Below are positions 1-12,609 of a stretch of 64,000 nucleotides of DNA, one piece after another. How positions within the stretch are numbered: position 1 is the first letter of the stretch; each line of letters opens with the position of its first letter. Below the pieces are notes generated by a model, which saw only the letters and a program-made list of their open reading frames with translations, searched no databases and had not been told where the DNA came from. Made by a program: the position numbers and the translations under genes. Source of the DNA: Mobula hypostoma (Eukaryota); NCBI RefSeq assembly GCF_963921235.1, contig NC_086097.1:242856001-242920000 (forward strand), written 5' to 3'.

Positions 1-2
1 AA

Positions 3-57
3 TCAGTCAATATACTCTCCAGTACAGACATAATCAGTGACCAGAGAGTGACACAAC
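3..57 (-). CDS. Candidate terminal coding exon (LCHSLVTDYVCTGEYID*)
   Basis: Acceptor cccactgttcacag; phase-2 start fits exon 10; TGA at 5-3. At the window edge, so the true last exon may lie outside. Confidence 0.3.
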
Positions 58-1600
58 CTGTGAACAGTGGGACAATAACCTACAGGAGGTCCACAGCGGT
101 TTGAAGTTTCAGAACAAATAACACAACACAGTCCTTAAGCTCACTGAGTGTAAATATCATCTGTTCCTCGGCCCAACGTTATCAGATTTGTATAGGCAGC
201 TCTCTAAAATGTCAGTATTCTGATACTAAATCTCAATCTTCTGGAAAATATTTTATTAGACTGTAAAAACATAAGATATAGAAGCATTCTTAGGCCATTT
301 GGCTCATCGAGTCTGTTTCCACCATTTCATCATGGCTGGTCTAATTTTCCTTTCAGCCCCAGTCTCCTGCCTTCTCCCCGTATCCCTTCATGGCCTGATC
401 AATCAAGAATCTATCAACATCCATCTTAAATATACATGAAGACTTGGCCTCCAGAGTTGCCTGTGACAAAGAATTCCATAGATTCACCAATTATTGGCAA
501 AAGAAATTCCTCCTCATCTCCATTCGAAAAGGACACCCCTCAATTCTGAGGCTGTGTCCTCTGGTCTTAGACTATCCCACCATAGGGAATATATTCTCTA
601 CATCCACTCTATCAAGACCTTTCACCATTCGATAAGTTTCAATGATGTTACCCCTCATTCTTCTGAATTCTAGTGAATACCGGCCCAGAGCCATCAAATA
701 CTCTTCATATGACAAGCCATTCAATCCTGGAATCATGTTTGTGAACCTCATTTGAACCGTCTCCACTTTCAGCCATCCTTTCCAAGGTAAGAGGCCTAAA
801 ACTGCTCATAATACTCCAAGCCAGGCTTTGCTAGTGCTGAATAAAGTCTCAACATTACACCCTTGCTTTTATATTCTAGTCCTCTTGAAATGAATGCTAA
901 CGTTGCATATGATTTCCTCACTACAGACTCAACCTGCAAATTAACCTTTAGGGAATCCTGCACAAGGACTCCCAAGTCCCTTTGCATCTCAGTATTTTTG
1001 CGTTTTCTCTTCCTTTCATTTCTTCTACCAAAGTGAAGGAACATTCACTTCCTGACACTATACCACCTGCCACTTCGTTGCCCATTCTCCTTATCTGTCT
1101 ATGTCCTTCTGTAGTCACTCTACCTCCTCAAAACTACCTGCCCCTTCACCTGTCTTCAAAGCCATCAATTCCATCATCCAAATAATTTTTGTCTAACATA
1201 AAAAGAAGTGATCAGAACACAGACCTCTGCGGAACATCACAAGTCACTGGCAGCCAACCAGAAAAGGCTCCCTTTATTCCCACTCTTTGCCTTCTGCCAA
1301 ACAGCCTCTGCTTTATCCAGGCTAGAATCCTTCCTGTAATACTACGGACTCGTAGCTTGTTAAGCAGCCTCATGTGTGACACCTTGTCAAAGGCCTTCTG
1401 AAAATCTAAGTACAAAACATCAAGTGATTCTCTTTTGTCTATCCTGCTTGTTACTTCATCAAAGAATTCCAACAGATTTGTCAGATTTTCCTTTGAGGAA
1501 ACCGTGCTGACTGTGGACTTCTTGTTCATGTGCCTCCAAGTACCCAGAGATCTCATCCTTAATAATCTTCCCAACCACTGAGTTCAGACTAACTGGCCTA

Positions 1601-2763
1601 CATAGAAACTATAGAAACCATAGAAAAACTACAGCACAGAAACAGGCCTTTTGGCCCTTCTTGACTGTGCCGAACCATTTTCTGCCTAGTCCCACTGACC
1701 TGCACACGGACCATATCCCTCCATACACCTCCCATCCATGTATCTGTCCAATTTATTCTTAAATGTTAAAAAAGAACCCACATTTACCACCTCGTCTGGC
1801 AGCTCATTCCATACTCCCACCACTCTCTGTGTGAAGAAGCACCCCCTAATGTTCCCTTTAAACTTTTCCCCCCTCACCCTTAACCCATGTCCTCTGGTTT
1901 TTTTCTCCCCCTACCTCAGTGGAAAAAGCCTGCTTTCATTCACTCTATCTATACCCATCATAATTTTATATACCTCTACCAAATCTCCCCTCATTCTTCT
2001 ACGCTCCAGGGAATAAAGTCCTAACCTATTCAACCTTTCTCTGTAACTGAGTTTCTCAAGTCCCGGCAACATCCTTGTAAACCTTCTCTGCACTCTTTCA
2101 ACCTTATTTATATCCTTCCTGTAATCTGGTGACCAAAACTGAACACAATACTCCAGATTTGACCTCACCAATGCCTTATACAACCTCATCATAACATTCC
2201 AGCTCTTATACTCAATACTTTGATTAATAAAGGCCAATGTACCAAAAGCTCTCTTTACAACCCTATCTACCTGTGACGCCACTTTTATGGAATTTTGTAT
2301 CTGTATTCCCAGATCCCTCTGTTCCACTGCACTCCTCAGTGCCTTACCACTAACCCTATATGTTCTACCTTGGTTTGTCCTTCCAAAGTGCAATACCTCA
2401 CATTTGTCTGTATTAAACTCCATCTGCCATTTTTCAGCCCATTTTTCCAGCTGGTCCAAGTCCCTCTGCAGGCTCTGAAAACCTTCCTCACTGTCTACTA
2501 CACTTCCAATCTTTGTATCATCAGCAAACTTGCTGATCCAATTTACCACATTATCATCCAGATCATTGATATAGATGACAAATAACAATGCACCCAGTAC
2601 TGATCCCTGTGGCACACCACTAGTCACAGGCCTCCACTCAGAGAAGCAATTCTCTACTACCATTCTTTGGCTTCTTCCATTGAGCCAATGTCTAATCCAA
2701 TTTACCACCTCTCCATGTATACCTAGCGACTGAATTTTCCTAACTATCCTCCCATGCGGGACC
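1601..2763 (-). mobile_element. 5'-truncated CR1 LINE nested in the older CR1
   Basis: RT ORF 1911-2804 (SGVPQGSVLG, KFADD); (catagaaa)n tail; host sequence continues at 2764. Confidence 0.9.
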
Positions 2764-2973
2764 TCTCTTCTGTCTCTCTCCCTTCTTGAAGAGTGGAGTG
2801 ACATCTACAATTTTCCAATCTTCTGAAACCATTCGAAAAACTCGTGATTCTTGACTGATCATTACTAATGCCTCCATGATCGCTTCAGACTCCTCTTTCA
2901 GAACTCTTGGGTGTTCTCTCTCTGGTTCAGGTAACTTGCTTACCTTCAGACCTTAAGTTTCCCAAGTACCTTC

Positions 2974-3668
2974 CAAGAAGGGAGGAGGAGAAGATGGCGG
3001 CGCGATGCAGAGCGCGTGGCCTCTCCAGTGATGAATATCTGTAATCTGTCAAGTAGGAGGCCGTGCACAATTCTGATTTGATGGAGGCAGATGTGACAGC
3101 ATGGAGGAACATCTGGTGAAACTTCTGAAATGCCTGCTTCACTGCCGCTGCTACTGTGTGATCCGAAATCTCCGGAGGGGAAGGCCCCGAATCCTCAGCT
3201 TTGCCTGTTGCTTGGCGGCCGGGTCTGGGGTCGAAGCGTTTGGCAGAGATGGTGCTCGGTGTCGGAGGGCTGGTCGGAGGCTCGAAGTTTTCGGACGGAC
3301 TCAGAGTTGGACTGTGGTCGGGTGCTTCCAGGATGCTGCATCGGCAAGTTTGCGGCGCTGGAAGCTCATGGCAGGGAGAGTTTTTCTTCCTTCTACCATC
3401 TGCGTGAGATGTTGGGGCTATTGGGACTTTGAGACTTTTTTTTACCGTGCCCATGGTCTGCTCTTTATCAAATTACGGTATTGCTTTGCACTGTTGCAAC
3501 TATATGTTATAATTATGTTTTTTTTGTCAGTTTTAGTCTCGGTCTGTTTTGTGTTTCTGTGATATCATACCGGAGGAACATCGTATCATTTTTTTAATGC
3601 ATGCATTTCTAAATGACAATAAACGAGGACTGAGTGTCCTCATAATCTAATCTAACCTAATCTAATCT
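2974..3668 (+). mobile_element. About 690 bp non-coding interspersed element, copy 1 (head GAGAAGATGGCGG, tail (ctaat)n)
   Basis: Highly similar copy at 60051-60736, internally deleted copy at 12247-12603; interrupts CR1. Confidence 0.8.
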
Positions 3669-3972
3669 ATTTATGGTACCTTCACACACTTCATGACCCC
3701 TGACACCTGGACTTCCACAAGACTGCTAGTGTCTTCTACAGAGAAGACAGATACAAAATACCTAAACATTTCCTTGTCCCCCATTATTACCCATTCACCA
3801 TCGTTTTCCAGTGGTCTGATATCTACTCTCGACTCTCTTTTATACTTTATGTATTTGAAGAAACTTTTGGTATCCTATTTAATATTATTGGCTAGCTTAC
3901 TTTTGTATTCCATCTTTGCCTTCTTAGTGATTTTCTAGTTGCCTCTTGTAGGTTTTTAAAAGCTTCCCAATC

Positions 3973-6900
3973 TAGTGGTCATCAACCTTTTTAAGCCCAA
4001 GATCCCCTACCTTGGCCTTAGTGAAAGGCAAGATCTACCTACTAAGTTGTTTAGAGTAAAAAACAGCTCAGATTGTACTTCCAACTTGAGTATTTTATTT
4101 GGGCTAATTGTATTTGAATTACATAAAATGCTTTTGTCAAACTTTCAAATTAATTCAACCAAGAAAACACTGTAACTAGCATATCAAACAGGCAATAGCT
4201 GTCCTTCTTTAAGAATATTACAATACTTCATACCTTTAATTCTAAGTTTCATCATTTAATTTTATTTCAACATGAAAAATAAATGAATAAAAATTGACTG
4301 TTGCACTCAGTGTGATGACTGGGGCTGAATACTTTCTGCTAGTTCCCTGAAATTTGGCTCATAACTACAGACAACCAGTCTGAAACAGTCTGTGAGGTGT
4401 CTGTCAGGAAGACAGATCCTGTACTTAGATTTAATAATTTTCATCTGTGAAAATGCAATTTCACACAGATAAGTTGACCCGAAGTAGGTATTGACTTTTA
4501 GTGCACATGTGATGAGATGAGGAAACTTCTCCCTGCTGACAAGCCCCCAGAAGTCACCGTCCCTTGATCTTGCTTTAAGCTCAATGTCATTTGCAAATCA
4601 ATTATTTCCATTTCAGTATCACTTGGCACACCAAATACTTGCTGGAATTTGGCTGCTATCTGTTCTATATCGATCGACAGAAATGGGCTTGAAATAAATG
4701 CAGCAGTATCTTTCATGACATTTAACTCCCCAAAACGCCGATCGAACTCTATTGCCAGTTTGTCCAGGTAAGCATAGTACTGCTCAGGGCGAAAAGCATT
4801 TTTTTCCTTGATGGCCTGTAAAATTCTCTCCAAGTTGGGAAAGTGTGTTAGCCTCCCGTTCTTTAATTTTGAAATCCAAATACCAAGCTTGGCCTTAAAC
4901 GCATTTACTGCGCTTATCATGTGGGGCAGGTGTTGGTCTTTTCCCATGAGCTCATTGTTAAGTGTGTTTAATTTAGCCGTTAGGTCTGTCAGAAACCTTA
5001 AATCCAGTAGCTACGCATCATCTGACAGTTCCTCGTGCTCCTCATTTCTTGTCGACAGAAAAGTCTTTATTTCAGGCAGCAAGTCAACAAATCGTTGCAG
5101 CCCTTTCCCGCGACTCAACCACCGAACTTCAGCATGAAGAATTATGTCTCCATAAGCGGCATCGAGCTCATCCCATAACGCCTTGAATAAGCAGTGCTGA
5201 AGCGCTTTTGCTCGAATCAAGTTTGACCACCAGTGTCATTACATTAGAAAAGTCCACAACATTCCTGGCTAAGGCCTGCTGATGAATCACACTGTGATAA
5301 TTCAGGAAGTCAGGAAAATCAGAGTCATTACGGCTCAGTGCTATAAAACCAATGCGCACACTGTGCATTGCTGGGGCCCCATCAGTAGTAATTGCCACCA
5401 GTTTATGAATGGGGATGTCATTTACACGGACATGTTTTTTAAACTCATTGTAAATATCCTCACCTCTCATTCTCTCCTTTAAGTGCAAAAAGTGTGAGGA
5501 AGTCCTCCTTTGTTGTAAAATCCTGGAAAGCCATTCTGACAAGTACAACAAGCTGAGCTGTTTGCACTACATCCAGGGATTCATCGAACTGCAGTGAAAA
5601 ATATTCACAGAGTGAGTGACAAGTCCTTTAACACTTGTCGATCCACATCCTCTGATAGTGGCCCCACCCTCCTTGTCACTGTTGCAGGGCCAAGCGGTAT
5701 ATTACGTATTGCGGTTTTGATGTCGTTTTTGTTTTTAAAGTCATTAAAAACCGTCTCTGCAGTAATGGCCATTACTTCCTTGAATAAATCGGCATCTGTA
5801 AAAGGCTTCTTGTGTTTAGCCAAAAGGAGACTTACACGAAATGATGCTTCAATAGCAGCCTTATTTTGAGCAGCATGTTTTGCAGAAAACGATAGAAATT
5901 CCTCTTTCCATTCTGGATGGAATTTGTACGTTTTCGCCTTCTTTTGTGGAGCTTCCGCCATGCTAGCGAGCTACCTTGCAGGATCTCACCAGCGAGAGCC
6001 GTATATTGATGTTTGCAACAGTCTGTATTCTCATCTAATCTAAATGGTCACTTTGATGCAGCACAAGCTACGCTGAAAAGAATACAACAGCTAAATCAAA
6101 AGAGAGACAGAGGCACTAACTTTTCAGTAAAAACTAAAATTAATACTAATTACTAGCACACTATCCGAAATGCTAAACATGAATTCACGCTATCAAAGGC
6201 AAAAAATTCAAAAGAAAGAAAGAAAGAGCAGTACGACTGATCAAACATTTGCATAACTGACGTAATATAAATAGCAGCATAATAGAGTCAAAACCGATTA
6301 AAGTCGATCAAATTATAGTTAAATCATGAATGCATTAGTGAGTCATTTTTACCCACACGTGTTGTTTTCTTTCGCCATTGGACAGTTTGCCCATTTGTTC
6401 GTTTATGTCTAAGATAAACGAAGCTCTCCAACGCTCCATGGAAATTTGACAGACAGCAGCAATAGTCACATGATGTCAGCACGCATGTGACGCATGACGC
6501 TGGGCAGTGGAAAAAGAGATACACAATAACCAGGGAAAGCAATTAAGTGTGGGTTAAAAACAACTCACATAGGATTCAAAGTTCTGAGATGCAACGGGAC
6601 TTGGGAGTCCTCATACAGGATACCCTCAAAGTTAACCTCCAGGTTGAGTCCGTAGTGAAGAAGGCGAATGCAATGTTGGCATTCATTTCTAGAGGAATAG
6701 AGCATAGGAGCAGGGATGTGATGTTGAGGCTCTATAAGGTGCTGGTGAGACCTCACTTGGAGTACTGTGGGCAGTTTTGGTCTCCTTATTTAAGACAGGA
6801 TGTGCTGACGTTGGAGAGGGTACAGAGAAGATTCACTAGAATGATTCCGGGAATGAGAGAGTTAACATATGAGGAACGTTTGTCCGCTCTTGGACTGTAT

Positions 6901-7443
6901 TCCTTGGAGTTTAGAAGAATGAGGGGAGACCTCATAGAAACATTTTGAATGTTAAAAGGCATGGACAGAGTGGATGTGGCAAAGTTGTTTACCATGGTGG
7001 GGGAGTCTAGTACGAGAGGGTATGACTTAAGGATTGAAGGGCGCCCATTCAGAACAGAAATGCGAAGAAATTTTTTTAGTCAGAGGGTGGTGAATCTGGA
7101 ATTTGTTGCCACGGGCAGCAGTGGAGGCCAAGTCATTGGGTGTATTTAAGGCAGAGATTGATAGGTATCTGAGTAGCCAGGGCATCAAAGGTTATGGTGA
7201 GAAGGCGGGGGAGTGGAACTAAATGGGAGAATGGATCAGATCATGATAAAATGGTGGAGCAGACTCGATGGACCAAATGGCCGACTTCTGCTCCTTTGTC
7301 TTATGGTCTTATAAGCGCTCTAGGGGTAAAATTTGTTTTTGCATCAAAAAGTTTATCAAACATAATGTATTTGTGTACTTATTTTTCATTTTTTTCGGGA
7401 TCGACTGGGAAAGTCTCAAAGATCGACCGGTTGGCGACCACTA
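3973..7443 (-). mobile_element. hAT DNA transposon (Buster/Charlie/SPIN-like, GTF2IRD2-type transposase), frameshifted
   Basis: TIRs tagtggtcatcaacc (3973) and ggttggcgaccacta (to 7443); transposase fragments KKPFTDAD, ITTDGAPAM, YHSVIHQQAL, EVRWLSRGKGLQRF across 5961 to about 4380. Confidence 0.9.
6570..7311 (+). mobile_element. CR1 3' fragment inserted in the hAT element
   Basis: RDLGV...LVRPHLEYC...RGDLIETF; tail tcttatggtcttat. Confidence 0.9.
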
Positions 7444-8830
7444 CTCTAACCTCACTAATTTTTGCTCTATTATGTGCCCTCTCATTAGCTTTGACTTCTC
7501 GTGTTAGCCACAGTTCTGCCATCTTTCCTTTAGAATACTTATTCCTCTTTGCGATATATATATATATCCTGTGCCTTCTGAATTGCTTCCAGAAATTCCA
7601 GCTATTGCGGCTCTGCTGTCATCCCTGCCAGTGTTCTTTTCCAGTCAATGCTGGGCAACTCCTCTCTCATACCTCTAATTCCCTTTACCCCACTGTAATA
7701 CTGATACATCTGACTTCAGCTTCTCCTTCTCAAATTTCAGGTGAATTTGATCATATTATGATCACTTGTCCCGAAGGGTTCTTTTATCTTAAGCTCTCTA
7801 ATCAATTCTAGTTCATTGTACAACATCAAATCCAGAATAGCTGATCCTCTAGTGGGCTTAACATGAGCTGTTTTAAAAAGCCATCACATAGGCACTCCAG
7901 AAATTTCCCCTCCTGTAATCCAGCACCAACCTAATTTTCCTAGTTTGTCTGCATATTGAATCCCTCATGACTGTTGTAACATTGCCCTTTTGGCATGCAT
8001 TTTCTACCTCCTGTTGTAATTTGTAGGCCACATTCTTACTACTGTTTGGGGGTCTGTGTTTAACTCCCATCAGGGTCTTTTTACCCTGCAGTTCTTTACC
8101 TCTATTCACAATGATACAACACCTTCCAACCCTACCTCACCTCTTTGTAATTATTTGATTTCATTTTTTCGCCAACAGAGCAACGCTGCCCCCTCTGACT
8201 TCCTGCCTGTCCTTTCGATACAATGTGTATCCCTGGACATTAAGCTCCCATTATAATCCTTTGGCCATGATTCAGTGATGCCTATAACATCATACTTACC
8301 AATCTGCAGCTGTGCTGCAAGTTCATCTAACTTATTCCATATACTGCACGCATTCAAAAGTAACATCTTCAGCCCTGCATTCACCCTTTTGATTTTTTCT
8401 ATCTTTTGCAGTCAACAGAATAAGTTGAAATGTAACTCAGCACGATCAACAGCCTCTCCTCACTACACATTGTCTGTGTAAACCAGCTGCCTCATCTTCA
8501 GCGTTATTATTCACCTTTCCTACAATAATTCTTACATTGCAATATACACAGCTCAGGACATTAGTCACACCATTCTTAACTTCTTCATTTCTAACTTTGT
8601 CTGAGGTCCTACCAACATCTTCCTCCACAACCTCTCCACTAACTGCTTTGGCACTCTGGTTCCCATCCCTCCTGGCAGAATATAGTATTAATGGTAAGAC
8701 CCTTGGCAGTGTGGAGGATCAGAGGGATCTTGGGGTCCATGTCCATAGGACCCCCAAAACAGCTGCGCAGGTTGACTCTGTGGTTAAGAAGGCACTGTAT
8801 ATTGAGTTGGAGTTTAAAGCTATAGAGAGG

Positions 8831-9010
8831 AGTCTTATACATTTAATATTTGAGTAATTTTGTAAATATATTGTTTGATTAAGCATTCTTTGCTGTTCAC
8901 ATAATTCATTATGGGTTATATGTAAAAGTACGTGAATGGCATACGTCATTATGTCACTACGTCGTAAGTGCACAACTCACTAAAGTAAAAGTAAAGTAGA
9001 CACATTATGC
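8831..9010 (+). mobile_element. Fragment of an LTR-like repeat
   Basis: Shares atttaatatt...gagtaat...gattaa and taaagtaaa...aaagt.agac motifs with 23813-24609. Confidence 0.45.
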
Positions 9011-9319
9011 TGTGCTCTTTGTTCTCTTCAGTAACCAGCTCAAATCACTCCAGGCAGGCACCAACCCCAACATTCACAAACCTGCACGTTACGTCCAACC
9101 AAAGAACATCTCACAAATAATTTCTTATTTGGAAATGATCTCTGAAAGCAAAGCAACTCCATCTCACAAATTGGAGGACTTAAAACAGTTCCACAAAATG
9201 GCAGCCTCCATCTCCAAGCACATGGCAGGAACAAAGACAACTGATCTGCCTGCTTCCACTGTCCATGACCCATTCGAGTTCGATGTTTCCTTCCATATTT
9301 TAAATCTGCCATTGCCAAC

Positions 9320-9870
9320 ACCTGGATGAACAATGAAATCCAGAAGCTGCTGAGAGCCAGATCAGAGGCATTCAGGTCTGGAGATCAAGTATGCTACAAG
9401 AAGTGCAGGCATAATCTCTGGAAAGCCATCTCCTGGGCAAAGTGGAGATTCTGGACTAGACTTGAATCGCTGAATGATGCTCGACAGCTACGGTAGGGTT
9501 TGAATGCCGTAACCTGCCACAAAGTAGAATCTTGTGACTTCACTTCCAGATGAGCTCAATGTCTTCTATGCTCGCTTTGATCACCAGAACACAGAAGGAA
9601 CCATCGTGCACCCCATATCTCCCAATGATCCTTTGGTCTCAGTATCTGAAGATGACATGCGGACTACCATCAAGAAAGTGCATCCAAGGAAAGCATTCGG
9701 TCTGGACCGAGTACCTGGTCGAGTACTGAAGACCTGTGCCAACAAACTGGTTGGTGTGTTCACGGATATCTTCACCCTCTTGCTCTGGCAGTGTGTGGTA
9801 CTCACCTGCTTCAAGCAGGTGCCCAAGGAGGGTGTGGTAACCTGTCTAAATGACAATCGCCCAGAGGCAC
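9320..9870 (+). mobile_element. Rex1/Babar-type LINE fragment
   Basis: LPDELNVFYARFD...RKAFGLDRVPGRVLKTCANKL motif. Confidence 0.8.
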
Positions 9871-10309
9871 TTCAGGTGTTTCATATCTGGTTGAATGGTA
9901 ATTAAACTTGAACTTTATGTATTGCACCATATGGCCACCACAAAATGACAAATTTCACAACATACTGTATGTCAGTGAGAATAAGCCTGAACTCTGAAAC
10001 TATCCCTTCATCCCCTAAAAACCATAAAATTCTTCAACATTTCTTTCGTTTTAGAATATTAAAAAAATTCTGGAAAAATTGTGTAACTGTCTAAAAAAAT
10101 ATCAGATTTTTGAGATTTATTGGGATTATTTTGTCTTTTGAAGTTTTATGGATTTCAATCAATCTTAACCCATGCATAAATTTCATGGTTAAAATAAATA
10201 TCAGCCTTAAAGGTACCTTCTACTTGCGAATCCAATTACTGCAAAATCCCTTGAAAAAAATCATTAATAGTCTGATTGCCATTTCCATCTGTCAAAGGGA
10301 ATACTTTAC

Positions 10310-10409
10310 CTTATGGTGTAATAATGCGATGGAAATTCAGCCAGGAACTTTTCCATCCTGTCCCTTTGTGCCTTGAAGTTTTTCTCCATCATGCAGGATC
10401 CATAATGTC
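10310..10409 (-). CDS. Putative SEFIR-like gene, exon 10 (HYGSCMMEKNFKAQRDRMEKFLAEFPSHYYTI[R])
   Basis: Strong acceptor ttctgttttgttgcag, donor AAG|gtaaag; 100 nt, single open frame, phase 1 to 2. RRHY...MEKFLAEFPSHY matches recalled IL17RD RRNY...MHQFIDEEPDWF. Confidence 0.75.
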
Positions 10410-10461
10410 CTGCAACAAAACAGAATCTGCTGGAGGATCTCAATGGTTGAGCAGCGGCTGG

Positions 10462-11660
10462 GGCCGCGTGGTGGCGTAGCGGTTAGCGTAATGCTATTAC
10501 AGTGCCAGCGATTAACGATTAGCTTTCAATTGATGCCGCTGTCTGTAAGGAGTTTATATGTTCTCCCCTTAAGTTTTTTCAGTTTCCTCCCACATTCTAA
10601 GGTGTACTGGTTAAAGCTAGTGAGTTGTGGGCATGCTATAGAACATAGAACATAGAACATAGAACATAGAATAGTACAGCACATTACAGGCCCTTCGGCC
10701 CACAACGTTGTGCCAACCCTCAAACCCTGCCTCCCATATAAGCCCCCACCTTAAATCCCTCCATATACCTGTCTAGTAGTCTCTTAAACTTCACGAGTGT
10801 ATCTGCCTCCACCACTGACTCAGGCAGTGCATTCCATGCACCAACCACTCTCTGAGTAAAAAACCTTCCTCTAATATCCCCCTTGAACTTCCCACCCCTT
10901 ACTTTAAAGCCATGTCCCCTTGTATTGAGCAGTGGTGCCCTGGGGAAGAGGCGCTGGCTATCCACTCTATCTATTCCTCTTATTACCTCTATCATGTCTC
11001 CTCTCATCCTCCTTCTCTCCAAAGAGGAAAGCCCTAGCTCTCTTAATCTCTGATCATAATGCATACTTTCTAAACCAGGCAGCATCCTGGTAAATCTCCT
11101 CTGTACCCTTTCCAATGCTTCCACTTCTTTCCTATAGTGAGATGACCAGAACTGGACACAGTACTCCAAGTGTGGCCTAACCAGAATTTTATAGAGCTGC
11201 ATCATTACATCGCGACTCTTAAACTCTATCCCTCGACTTATGAAAGCTAACACCCCATAAGCTTTCTTAACTACCCTATCTACCTGTGAGGCAACTTTCA
11301 GGGATCTGTGGACATGTAGCCCCAGATCCCTCTGCTCCTCCACACTACCAAGTATCCTGCCATTTACTTTGTACTCTGCCTTGGAGTTTGTCCTTCCAAG
11401 GTGTACCACCTCACACCCCTCCGGGTTGAACTCCATCTGCCATTTCTCAGCCCACTCCTGCATCCTATCAATGTCTCTCTGTAATCTTCGACAACCCTCT
11501 ACACTGTCTACAACACCACCAACCTTTGTGTTGTCTGCAAACTTGCCAACCCACCAACCTATGTTGGTGCCAGAAGCACGGCAACAACTTAGACTGTGTT
11601 GCTCGTTGATGCAAATGATGCATTTCACTGTATGTTTCGATGTACTTGTGACAAATAAAT
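10462..11660 (+). mobile_element. tRNA-headed HE1/V-SINE-like element split by a CR1 insertion
   Basis: Head ggtggcgtagcggttagc; body gggcatgctat resumes as ctatgttggtgccagaagc after the CR1. Confidence 0.65.
10640..11558 (-). mobile_element. Young 5'-truncated CR1 (RT C-terminus open)
   Basis: Most of the 302-aa ORF 10720-11628 (KFADNTK...LVRPHLEYC); (catagaa)n tail; ctat at both junctions. Confidence 0.9.
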
Positions 11661-11799
11661 ATAGTATTATGTTTACTTCTAATCAGTATCTGCAGGAGGA
11701 AAGGAATTATCAACATTTATGGTCATACCCAAAGCTGATGTTTCGGTGAGATGGTGCGGGTAAGAACAGGTGAGGTTTTATACTGTTGTTGGTCCATGG

Positions 11800-12200
11800 T
11801 CATTCATCCAGTGGTGGAATGCCTCTTCTGCAAGATGTGGGACGTCAGTAAACCTCACGATCTCCTTAATGACTACATCTGAGGGAAGTGCACCCAGCTG
11901 CAGCTGCTGACGGAACGGGTCGTGGAACTGGAGGTGCAAGTAGGTGTACTCAGGATCATCTGTGAGGTTGAGAATTTTGGTGAGGTCGTAGCTCCCAAGG
12001 TACAGCTTCCGGTAGATAGGTGTCCAGCTGGTAAAGTAGGGGCAGTAAGGCAGTCATGGTTCCCCTGTGTCCATTCTCCTCACCAACAATCAAGAGGGTG
12101 ATGTTCTCTCAGGGGGCAGGTTTCTGTCGCTGTGCCCGGCTCTGAGGCTCAGGGGAGAGGGTACAGTCAGAATGAGTGATAGTGGTAGGAGTTCCTATGT
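11800..12200 (+). mobile_element. CR1 ORF1 fragment (zinc finger/leucine zipper)
   Basis: Decayed VEC..CKMW...DYI*GKCTQLQLLTERVVELE. Confidence 0.65.
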
Positions 12201-12246
12201 AGGACTGTGATAAGATTCCCCACTGTAGGTTCATTGTAGGTTCACT

Positions 12247-12603
12247 GGAGAAGGAGAAGATGGCGGCGCGACAGCAGCGTGCGTGGCCACTTCAGTGGTG
12301 ATGTCTGTTATCTGTCAAGTAGGGGACCATGCACAATCCTGATATGATGGAGACGGACATGAGAGTACAGAGGAACATCTGGAAAACTTCTGAAATGCCC
12401 GCTTCGCTGCCGCTGCTACTGTGTGGTAACCAGAATCTCCGGAGCAGAAGGCCCCGAAATCCTCGGCTTTGCGTGCTCATGGTCTGTTCTTTATCAAATT
12501 ATGGTATTGCTTTGCATTGCTGGAGAAACATTGTATCATTTCTTAATGCATGTATGCATTTCTAAATGACAATAAAAGAGGACTGAGTGTTCTCATAATC
12601 TAA
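12247..12603 (+). mobile_element. Internally deleted copy 2 of the about 690 bp element
   Basis: Same head and 3' end as 2974-3668. Confidence 0.8.
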
Positions 12604-12609
12604 ATACTT

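Larger units (their letters stand above)
270..8660 (-). mobile_element. Long decayed CR1/HER1 LINE (endonuclease and RT remnants) split by nested insertions
   Basis: Fragments LLLNACSIWNKLDEL...IGITESW (endonuclease), LDFQKAFDKV and PGLEY..QF (RT); (cataaga)-type tail at about 270; sequence resumes colinearly across each insertion. Confidence 0.85.

Noticed and set aside
2927..3562. Overlapping 100-175 aa ORFs here and at 59966-60687
   Set aside because: GC-rich repeat; frames are not conserved between the copies.
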